Of a DNA stretch of 64,000 bases, positions 18,901 to 28,514 are shown piece after piece; positions within the stretch are counted from its first letter, which is position 1; the number at the start of each line of letters is the position of its first letter. The notes under the pieces are model-generated. The model saw only the letters and a list, made by a program, of their open reading frames with translations. It made no database searches and was not told the DNA's origin. Origin of the DNA: Stylophora pistillata (lineage: Eukaryota); the NCBI RefSeq assembly GCF_002571385.2, contig NW_019218111.1, forward strand, positions 221,910-285,909, read 5' to 3'. A program made the translations under genes and the position numbers.

Positions 18901-19775
18901 TCACATGGTAGGAGAAAGAGGGGTCTCTAGAAGAAGTATCTTGAAGGAAAAGAGATGTGTAATTATGGAGCAAGCACACGTTGTACTTTGTTTTGATTTG
19001 ATTTTTGGAAAATTGGTTTGTGACTTTGGGGACTGATTTGTGTTTTATTGAAATGAATTTTGTTTTTGAAATAGTAGCCTGATTGTGTTTTGGGAGATTG
19101 ACTTTTGGTTTATTTGATTGTTTTGGCTTTAAGGCTCTGGGCCCACATTTAGCTTACTTTAATGCACAGAAATGTAAACAATCTGTATTCATTTCTCTGG
19201 ACTGCATTGCTAATTATGAATTTAGATTTTTTAGTTGTCCATTTGTGTTTTTTTATTTAGTATTGAGTTTCACTAACACTGCCAGATCCATTACAGCTAA
19301 AACAGCACTAGATTTCTGATCAAGACTCTAACAATTCAGGTTTACAATCTGCTATAACTTCTTCATCTGTAGAAATCAGACATCCAGCTTTTTCCCAATT
19401 TATGCTTGTACAGGTGAAGATTCACTGATGTGTGGCTCATTTTATCAGCCAAACCGGTGGGACCACAGTGCATCTATTTCTGCTCCATATGTCCAATCCA
19501 TGATCAGACAATGCAAGGATCTTTGTCCATGTCTGAATTCACTGAGGGATAGTGATTTCCAGGTCACTGTCGGCATTCGACCGGCAAGAAAACCTGGACT
19601 TAGACTAGAACAAGATCCAATAGAACCCTGTATATTTCATAATTATGGCCATTACAGGTGGGGAATGACATTAAACTGGGGAAGTGCCAGAGACATTGTT
19701 TATCTTATTGAAAATGAGGCAAATAAGACCCAAAATGCCAAAAGCAAAGGAAAATCAGCTATTGCAAAACTCTAG
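7000..19775 (+). CDS. D-amino-acid oxidase / D-aspartate oxidase family FAD flavoprotein, about 401 aa, with PTS1. Exons 7000-7020, 12350-12426, 13499-13673, 13879-13980, 14831-14906, 15353-15447, 17882-18044, 18309-18443, 19414-19775
   Basis: Nine GT-AG exons splice in frame (1206 nt). Motifs: KVLIIGSGVIGLTTAYLL (GxGxxG), IVNCSGLGS, PARG, YLIPRG, VGIRPAR, HNYGHxxxGMTLNWGSA and C-terminal AKL. The 21-nt first exon is the least certain. Confidence 0.88.
7750..8490 (+). mobile_element. Decayed 3' fragment of a non-LTR retrotransposon inside the Mutator-like element
   Basis: QPLYEYCDTVWSN...LDRLLRLQKR is typical of the RT C-terminal region of CR1/L2-like elements. It ends in AATAAA plus a (TTTA)n tail at about 8455-8488. 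Confidence 0.55.
10257..11546 (-). mobile_element. 5'-truncated, frameshifted LINE (CR1/L2-like reverse transcriptase) inserted into the right TIR of the Mutator-like element
   Basis: RT motifs LTDFSRGFDLVDH, GFPQGTRLAPLLF, LNPSKCK, YKLLGV and RPILEFASPVW lie across three frames. AT-rich tail at 10257-10275. The host TIR resumes at about 11547. Confidence 0.88.
12778..13357. mobile_element. Kolobok-like MITE in a DAO-like gene intron
   Basis: TIRs AGTGCTACTACGAC and GTCGCAGTAGCACT, flanked by degenerate TTAA-like sites (TTAG and TCAA). Confidence 0.6.
15533..15690 (+). mobile_element. tRNA-derived SINE (5' part, running into a gap)
   Basis: Pol III A box TAGCTCAATTGG and B box GGTTCGAGCCC followed by a non-tRNA body. 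No proper cloverleaf. Confidence 0.7.
15691..16627. other. Assembly gap (N run)
   Basis: Run of N. Confidence 0.99.
16628..16800 (+). repeat. (GGCAGGTA)n octamer tandem repeat
   Basis: About 21 near-perfect copies next to the gap. Confidence 0.97.
17238..17605. mobile_element. Palindromic MITE, P-element-like (7-bp TSD)
   Basis: Termini CAGAGGCAGCCCAAG...CTTGGGCTACCTGTG. TSD CAACAAT at 17231-17237 and 17606-17612. Long internal inverted arms. Confidence 0.82.
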
Positions 19776-22236
19776 CTGGAGAGGTAGCCTGGAGAAATCT
19801 TAACTTACATGTAACTCTGGAAACAAATTATGTATAATGACACTATTATCAACCAAAACCTGCATTATAAAGCACATGAGACAATTAAAATGAGCTGTTT
19901 TAACTGAGACCCAAAACCTGCACCAATATATAGTGGACACTGCAAGATATTTCATTGTAAAGTTTTCATCTTTGAGGGAAACTGTTGAAGGAAAGTTAAA
20001 ATCTCATTGTTAAAAAGAAATTTTGATGGCCTGTCGTATTTTTGTTGATCAGCCTTCACTAGGATTTTTAGTCTATCATATTTTTGTAATAATTATGTGT
20101 TACATAATGTCCAGTGTGAAAACTATTTTGATAAGAGCCTTTCTTTTTAAATAGCTAATGAGACTTCAGCAGTAAGAATTGTTTCAATTTTGAATTGAGA
20201 AGCCCCTATTACTTGAAACAAAAAAAATGGCAAATGTAAGTTGGTTCACAGATAAATATCCCTGCTCACTTTCTTTTGTACTCCCAGCCTGTAGCCATTA
20301 TTTCCCAATTGGTGTAAGTTTGCTTCTTGAAAGTAAAAATCATTAGAGTTTAGTTATCAACTGAATGTGTGAAGCAGGAAAATAAAGTTAACACACTCTA
20401 CCCCCATTTTACCGTTGATTCAAACATGAATTAATAGCCTCAGTTTTTTATTCTATTTTGTTAACTGTTAACAGTATTATCATTATTGCCATTTTTACTT
20501 TTAACGTAAAAGTTGTAGCTTTACTTCTTGGAGGGTTTTGTAGAAGTTTATGGGTATGACAATATTCTATAAAGATAATTATCTTTTTTTGCAGTCATGG
20601 CAAAAAATGACAAGTGGCCAATTATTTTTTAACATTTTTTATTATTTATTATTATTTGTCTTGCGCCTTTTCTATAAAATATTCAAAAGCAAGAATTTGT
20701 GCAAGTAGTATTTTTTTTCTTTATTTTGAAGATCATCAAGAGGAGGGATTGATGTTGTTGTTGATTTTCATTTCTGACTTAGCCCATAATTTGGCTCTTG
20801 AGGGGATGATGCCTTAATAGCTTTGTTTTTTCCCAAAAATTAGTTTTCAATATTTTGCTTTAAGCGGCAAGCACACCTTAGATATTTAGTAAGTGTTCTT
20901 AATCACTTCTGAACATTGTTCTATCTGCCTAAAAGTTGACCTCAAGTTTGTCGCTTGACAAAGGAAACTGCATGTCTCATGTCACCGACCATGAGTATGA
21001 AGTAAGTTTGTAGACAATTGTACACAATGCATGAAATAAAATATGAGAAACATGGGATTCCTTTTTCTTTTGTTTCTTTAAGCAATCATTACAATGTACT
21101 GTTACAACTAACTTGAACAACAAATCCCATCTGGTAAAGATCATTGTATTTGACACTCGTTTTGATGAAAAGAGAATAGTACTTGATAATTGTACACAAA
21201 GCTCTACAATAAATGCAAACTAAGTTCGAAGACAGTTCTGTGGCAGTCTTCCGTAAAACAAACAGATTTTCTATTTGGGTAAACCGTTTGCCGATGAATG
21301 TTCACAAATAGTCTTGAATATGCATAAAGCGTACGACAGATTCTAGAAACATTTAAGACCATTGTTATCATACACGTGAGAGATCTTGTTAGCCTCACGG
21401 CGAGTCCTTGAGAGTTGTTAACGTTAAAAATTAATGACTTTTGTCCCTGATTAGACGTGATCTGAGAAACCGAGGTTTAAGTTATAATAGTTTCTATGAT
21501 TTCCAAGTGATGACTCAAAATAAAATGCAATTCTGTCGATTCCGATTTTTTTGTTAAAAGTGTGGGTCTTATTCTTTTTTTTTTGTTTCTTTCTTTGAAT
21601 CTATACATAAGAGTGTATTTTTATTACAAATTAATCAAATAAATGTGGCTAATTTGCTGTAGTTTGTTATTTGTTCGATTCAACAAACTAATTGCTTGTG
21701 GTAAGTGATGATTCAAAGTTCAATATTCCAGAGTCGTTGCTGAACAAATTCTCATCAATCGAATTCATTTGAACTGTAACCGCGTTCTTAGTCGCTTCGT
21801 TTTGTATCTGATTTAACTCAGCTATTATGATGGCAAATGATTGTGGCTTTTCCGTATTTCCTCACGTTAATGATGATCCATCCATGTGCATCTGAAAGAT
21901 CGATGAGCGGACAACAGACGAAGAATATTGTCAAGTACAATAAATTATTCGCAGAACTTGTTTTCTCGGCTACCAAGATGTTATATTCCCTTCAGTCGTC
22001 GTTTGCCTCTCAGTAATGAGGTTTTTTTTTTTTTTTCGCGCTGAGGAACTCCCAGTTGCGTTTCTGAAATTTTATCCTGGTTTCATGTGCCTCTCTTGGT
22101 TGAAAGCGGAATTCGCTGTTTCTGAAGCCGTTTCTGCGGCTAGCATATTTTCTTGTCGTACTCGACGCCAGCTGGTGAGGTATGTTTATATGTTTATTTC
22201 CATTTACATGACTTAAGTTTCCCTCTTATTTCTGCG

Positions 22237-22665
22237 TTACACCCAGTCGCCTTTCTCGTCCTTAAGCCTCTCTCGTATCATGTACAATTGTAACAGTTCG
22301 TCCCATCTGCTTGACCTGTCTTCGGAAACACTTCCCACTGTCAAATCATTCAGTTGTTTTGTAATAAACTGTAGTCCTCTCATAACCATCACGGTGCTGA
22401 TTTGTTCTGCACTTCGTGTCAGGGAGCTGGCAGTCCTTCGCGATTTTCTCTGTCGCGATTTCCTGTTTGAGGAACAGTAATCTGCGAACGGGGGAATAAC
22501 CGAGTTGTTCGTTGGTACAAAATAGAAAACCTCTACCAGATCCTGTGACCAGTGAACCCGCTTATGTTTCTTGAAAGGTGGTGTTGGGTCTTCATCTTCC
22601 TCTAGAAGAACGAACTCGTCGCCTGAAAGAATATTAAACTCATCTGGTTCTTGGAGTAAAGCCAT
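22237..22665 (-). CDS. Small intronless protein, putative PP1-docking family member 1 (142 aa from ATG 22665)
   Basis: KRVHWSQDLVEVFYFVP, RGLQFI, RWDELLQLY and C-terminal GDWV. Homologous to four neighbouring ORFs. The ORF-track start at 22752 is a GTG. Confidence 0.8.
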   Translation of the reverse strand: MALLQEPDEFNILSGDEFVLLEEDEDPTPPFKKHKRVHWSQDLVEVFYFVPTNNSVIPPFADYCSSNRKSRQRKSRRTASSLTRSAEQISTVMVMRGLQFITKQLNDLTVGSVSEDRSSRWDELLQLYMIRERLKDEKGDWV

Positions 22666-24128
22666 CTGCAAATTCAAATGTATTCGTCGCTGTTTTTCCT
22701 TTCGAATGATATTTGGATTCCAAAGGTGAACAATTTCGCGGCGGTTCAGCACCGAACAACAATGAAATAGGAAGACTCGTGCGTTTTGCCTATTTTCTGG
22801 AGATTTCTAAATCTCGTTGACAACAGCTCATTCAACTATTATGGTTGGGTTTATCTGCTAGAAGTTCTTCATAAATAATTGATCCAGACTAACAGAGAAT
22901 ACTTTTATGAATTTAGTAAGATCGTAATGTTCGGTTACCATAACAAACCAGGCATAATTACATTCTTGTAGGCTGCCCACACATGCCCTTGTTGTGTCAT
23001 GTGCAAGAAGAGCGATTCCAAGGGCTTCTAATAATTTGCTCAGTTTAGATGTTTACTTCTAAAACGTGACAAGGTTTGTTTTCTCTTCCACTTAAACGTG
23101 CCCTGTTTAATAGCGGTGAACCGTTCATGAGGAGAACGAGTATTCTTAAGTTTGGTGTTAATTGCTGATGTGGCCTTTGTACCGTAACTACGTCATCATG
23201 AGATTGCGAGCTGGATAACGATTGAAATGAGCGTTTTATTTTGATTGGATTCCGCAGCATAAATTTGCCACAAAGTGCAAGTAAACTCGTGCATTTGTTT
23301 AAAATAGTGACATACAATACATAAAAAATGCTAAAAACCATAGAACAATTGTTTCAAGGATATTTGTGTGGCCCAGCCGATCCATCCCTTTTGCTTATGG
23401 ATTTCTCGTTCACCATTCAAAATTTAGTGTAGCTTCAATTATTAATCAGCGATACAAATATAGCTCTTTCTTTGGTGGTAACGTAGGTTCAGAATTAAAT
23501 TTTGACAAAACAAAGAAAGCCACGTGTCCCATGTCTAAATTTTAATTGTTGACAAATCTCAATCTCAAAATTAAATCTTCCTTAAACTCAATGCGGTCAA
23601 ACGCGTACGGTCAAAGGAATCCAGGTTTCGGAGATCGGTTAAACCTCGGCGCTTTGTTTCTCTTTGAGCTGGATGCAAATTACGAACAGTATCTTAAGAG
23701 AGAAATCGCCACTGAAATCATCCAGGTCTCTTCTGTTAGAGTTGAATCTGATGTCAGTCTCAATGTACGGTCAAAGCCAAGGTTCGGAACAACACGAGAT
23801 TTGTTCATTTTCTTTCCCGCTACCCCACCGCTAGTTCGTCTTCAGCGAGGGTCGTAAAAATCAGAACTATCCTTCTCAGAAAGAGGAAGTTGTTATTTTA
23901 ATTGAATTTAGAGATAATTTGCATTAAAATTTATCCTGTTAATTAGGCAGGAATGATTTGACAGACATTCAGATAATCTAAGTTTGCCCCCCTGGTATTT
24001 CCGTCTTCAGTGTTTAGTTCTCTATTCCAACAAGTATGGAATTTTATTAAAGCACCCAATCATCTCAGTTTTGTAGGACGTGAAACACCAATAAACCGCA
24101 CTCCAAAGTTAGAAATCAGAAGCCAGAA

Positions 24129-24540
24129 ATGAAGTCACCTCAGCTTTGCGAAGAGCTAAAACATCCCACTTTTACCAAAATGTTTGAAGAAGTAAAGAAA
24201 TTGCGTGCTCACTGGAACTCGAACTTAATTAACAAAGCTACAAATAGCTCAGCACGCAACAAAATAGTAGGCTCCCTTAAGAGAACCGAGAGAACCGATG
24301 GCAGTTTTGCTCTAACGGATAAAGAAAAAGCACAGATGATGAACGCATACTTTTCGGAGATCCGATATAAGTTTGGTATTACGGGCGTGTTGCTAGATTG
24401 GCTAGGGACTACTTGAGCTGCAGAAAGCAGTTTACTGTGCTTAAGAGAGTCAAATTGACATGTTTCCAGTAACAGCTGGAAACATGTCAGGTCGGTCACA
24501 GCCGGTCTGTTTTAGGCCCTATTTTGTTCACTTTATTTCT
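24129..24540 (+). mobile_element. Decayed LINE ORF2 fragments
   Basis: DKEKAQMMNAYFS and YKFGITGVLLDWL, plus an SVLGPILF-like remnant near 24505-24535. Confidence 0.6.
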
Positions 24541-24559
24541 AATCATTATTTCTAATTAA

Positions 24560-24790
24560 GGAGGCAGTGTGGCCGAGTGGTTTGAGTGTCGGACTTGTAA
24601 TCCGCCGCTCCCGGGTTCGAGTCCCACCCTGACCACTGGATCTGTTTCACGGTAGCCCTGACTTCAGATCCTTGGCCACGCTTGTAAATAGCCAACTGGT
24701 TTGACTCCGGCCGGTTGGGGTTTTTAATGATGTTATGTTCAATTTAGACCATTTGTTTCATTTGTTTGCAAGGACCACAATGGAAACTAC
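24560..24790 (+). mobile_element. tRNA-derived SINE with a conserved central domain
   Basis: A box TGGCCGAGTGG and B box GGTTCGAGTCC, followed by the body GTAAATAGCCAACTGGTTTG, which resembles cnidarian SINE cores as I recall them. Confidence 0.75.
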
Positions 24791-24988
24791 TGGTTCACCA
24801 GTAATTGTATAATCCTATGTAAAGACTTTTTTTTTTTTTTTTTTTTTTAATCATCTGCTCGCCACGGTAATCATGGGATCTTTGATGTACGTGGACGATA
24901 CATCAATTTTCTGCATCGGAGAGTCTGGAGACGCAGCGATTGCTTCGTTAAAAAGAACGCTGCATGAGGTCTACAGGTTTTAAACCAA

Positions 24989-25570
24989 TTGAGTTTTAAA
25001 TCAGTTGAGTTGTTAGCGGAATCCAGAATACTAAAACAAGAAGGGGAGTAGTTGTTCTTACAAGAAGGAGATGTGTTGAAATGCTTAAAAATATGCGAGT
25101 TTTTATCGCTTTCTGTGTGTTCCTTTATCCTAGTAGAAAAGTGGCGAGTAGTTTCGCCAATATGATAACGGGAATTACATCCCGTACAAGAAAATTGGTA
25201 AGCTACCATGGATTTTAAGAGTATCAAGAGTACGCAGAACATGTTTTGAATTTTAAAAGAAGTGAAAACTAGTTTGAAGAAGCTTTTCATATAAATAAGA
25301 TCAAACCTGAACTTAACAAACAATTACAGCATTCCCCCTTTTCTAGCGTTCTGGTCTACACCTTTGATGTTTTGGTGTCACCTTGTAATTAGTATCCGCT
25401 TTTGTATTACATCATATTGTAAATAATTTATTCGTCTACTTGTCTACTATATAATTGTTCACTCTTAGTTACTCATTGACTGATGGTGGCATATGCATAC
25501 CGAAACATGTTTTTCAAAAAAGTTGTATATTTCTTAAAATATCTATCATACTTGCTACTATTGCGACCTT
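24989..25570. mobile_element. Penelope-like retroelement 3' fragment (GIY-YIG endonuclease) with an internal inversion
   Basis: Minus strand 25276-24989 encodes YQFSCTGCNSRYHIGETTRHFSTRIKEH...TDLKL. Plus strand from about 25277 continues EAFHINKIKPELNKQLQH, followed by a terminal-repeat-like region. Confidence 0.8.
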
Positions 25571-25599
25571 ATGGAAATACAAATACAATACAAATACAA

Positions 25600-26030
25600 A
25601 TTAGCACGCAAGCCATTATAAGACCACTACCTTCAGTACTTTTGGGTAGATCGGTACTAAGCTATGTCACAAAATCTCGTCTTCTTGGAACGATTGTGGA
25701 CGACGAGCTTACTCGGATACCACATATGCTAGGAAGAAAGAAAAACTTTGCAAACAAAATAGACTTATTGAAGCGCTCAAGGTTTTTGCCCAAAATTTCC
25801 ATTTTAAAGTTCTACTTTAGTGTATTTATTTACCTTCTATGAGGTATGGTATTATTTCATGGGGTTCGTGTACAAATTCAGATCTTCTGCACTCAACTGA
25901 GAAACTTCACTGTAGAGCAGCAAAGATTGTATACAACTTATTTACTTGTATATCGAGGTTCAGTGGTATGGAACTTTGTTAACAATCGTATCAGAAATGT
26001 AGGTAGTATTGAATATACACATAAGTAAGT
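25600..26030 (+). mobile_element. Decayed LINE RT C-terminal fragment
   Basis: SRLLGTIVDDELT...HM and LLKRSRFLPK...LKFYFSV are typical of the CR1/L2 thumb region. Confidence 0.6.
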
Positions 26031-26312
26031 TACTATAAGAACGGCAACAATGTGCGACTTTGAATCACATTTTTATCTAGAGTACATACATTCCTGCAAT
26101 GTTGAATTCTTGTCAGTGGATGGCAAGTTAGTATGTGTAAAGTACAGACTGGAAGTAACCAAGGTGCTCCGACCAGTGTAGCTGTGCTTATTTTGTGTAC
26201 GTTGTATAAAGTATAATGCTCTCTTTCTTCCATCATTTTTTTTCTGCTAAGTAATAGCTCCTTTGTAATGCTAAGTCATCAAGTTTAACGGTTTCTCGTA
26301 TCTCTCTCTCCA

Positions 26313-26684
26313 CTAGACCCAGTCCTCTCCAAAGAATGAATTTTCACTTTCCGAATCTTTTCGCCGCATAACTTTATCGTTAGTAAAAGAATAATTCTGG
26401 TCCGTTGCCATGGATAGTTTTTCTAGTCGAACGTGTAATTTAGACGCAGTATTTTGTATTCTTATTATTCTTTGTAAATCATTGGTTGACTGATCTTGTT
26501 TGTCCAGAGAAGAAGCGGTTTCACTTGTACTCAAAAACAAAGTTTTGCGTTGTGTGATGTTCACCAATTCTGGCTCAAAGACGTGAATTTCTTCCAGTTT
26601 TTTGCACCAGTGTACTTTTTTCTTTGCTTTTGTCGTACTTGTTGACTTCGTTCCCGTGAGCTTAGTTAATATCGAGTGTTCCAT
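26313..26684 (-). CDS. Small intronless protein, putative PP1-docking family member 2 (123 aa)
   Basis: SILTK (SILK-like), KKVHWCKKLEEIHVFEP and C-terminal EDWV, which it shares with member 1. Confidence 0.75.
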   Translation of the reverse strand: MEHSILTKLTGTKSTSTTKAKKKVHWCKKLEEIHVFEPELVNITQRKTLFLSTSETASSLDKQDQSTNDLQRIIRIQNTASKLHVRLEKLSMATDQNYSFTNDKVMRRKDSESENSFFGEDWV

Positions 26685-28514
26685 CGTTAAATAATTGATT
26701 GAATTTCTTTTCAGAAAGATTCTGTTACTCGTTTCTTTGTCGTGGTAACTATGAGTCGCCCCTTTCTAAACTTGACACGATGAAAACTGAATCTTTTATT
26801 GACTCTAGACATAAGTTTATCACGTACCGTACCGTCAGTGAGTTCCAGAATTTTTCAAGCGTGACGCTTGAAATATTCTGGACCTCACTGACTAAACGTG
26901 AGATGAAGGTACGTGGGTGAAGAGTAAAACAGATGCACGTGACGTGATCAATGCAACGCGTGCATATGCGCACCCTTATACAGAAGTCTTTTAAAGACAA
27001 TTTTTTACAAGTGGAAAGTTGTCTGTTGGATGAGTATGTAGGTCAAATTAAGAATTAATTTCCACTCATACGAATGACATTCATCCAGTTTTAATTCATG
27101 TCCTGACTTAGTAATCGTTTTGGTGCATTCAGTTCTATTTGTCTTTTCCTATTTTTGCGCTGTTATGTTACATATTCAGAGTAAAATAAATCCTAATATA
27201 ATCATTTCCACTGAATTTCAAAAGGAAACGATATCTGGTTGTTCAACTGATATGATAAATGAAACTGAATTGATTGGCTGAGATAGTGGAGATGCAATCA
27301 ACATTTGACAAGATGATATGTGGTATTCTTGGGGGTTTTTTCTTCATGGCTAATTTTTAGGAGTTGATCATGATATACCAAACGAAATCAAAATAAAAAG
27401 GCATTATGGCATTTTAATCTTATGGCTTTGAACGTGACTCCTGAATTTTCCTGAGTTTTTCAAACATTGAAAATAACTAATGCAGGGATATCTTTGACTC
27501 AGTTATTAGGAATGTGAAGAAATTTTGTGCAAATAATTTTGATCCGTTTCTCGTTATTTCTCCTTCCACTAGTTTGCGTGTGAAAGATGCTTGATGAATT
27601 TAAGATTATTTTTATAGAGTTAAATTGATTTTCTTATTGAATTGGAATTCCTCAGCAGAGGATGTTTTATCGAAGGTTAGAAAATCATGTCGCACCATAT
27701 AAAAACATAACATAATTAAAACTTATCTATTACCCGAAAATATTAACTTTGATTAAATATTTAAAATGAATGCAGAATAAAGGTATTTCCATTGTCATGG
27801 TTTTATGCTAGTTTATACTTGTTATCAGTAGGGCACCTTTGCTTAAAAAGGTATTATTTTCTTATAATAATTATATAGATGCCGTAAATGTGCGGTATCT
27901 GCTATCGGCTTGGCTGTTTTGTGGGGTATATGGTCATTCATCCAGTTCCAATTGATTTCCACTTGAAGTTATTAAAATGTGATATGGATGTTAAACTCAT
28001 CCGTGTTAAGAGTGTGGATTTTTTTTTTTTTTTTTTTCATGGTTCTCGTGACCAAGGCCGAAATAAACATAATCAGAACCAGGCCAGCTATTTGCTATGA
28101 CACGCAAGTGGCAGCAAAGGACTAAAAAGGAGAAACTAAGGCAAATCTTATTGAAGTAGTTCAGTTTTAGAGAGTATCTTTCTTTCAGCTACTGCAATAG
28201 TTTGTTCCTTAATTTTGTGTAACCGCATGTCTTCCGTGTTGCCTAAAAATAAAATTAATTGATAAAGATTTTCCGTGTACAGCAGGGAAAATTATGTAAA
28301 CTATCCCCCGTTCTCAAAAGCAATATTAAATTGACGTTACAGAGCTCACATCACGCATGCTTGTACAAATTAAAGGCCTCGCCGCAGTTTGTCGCCGGTA
28401 AAACTGAAACAAGACGGCTTGTGGTGGTGGCGTTGATATTATAAGGATTTACAAATTAAGTAAACTTTCACGGCCATATTTTTCGTTAAAAAAAAAATCG
28501 TCCTCAGTCGCTGC

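Noticed and set aside
24560-24635. tRNA gene
   Set aside because: This is the tRNA-like head of a SINE. There is no proper cloverleaf or terminator.
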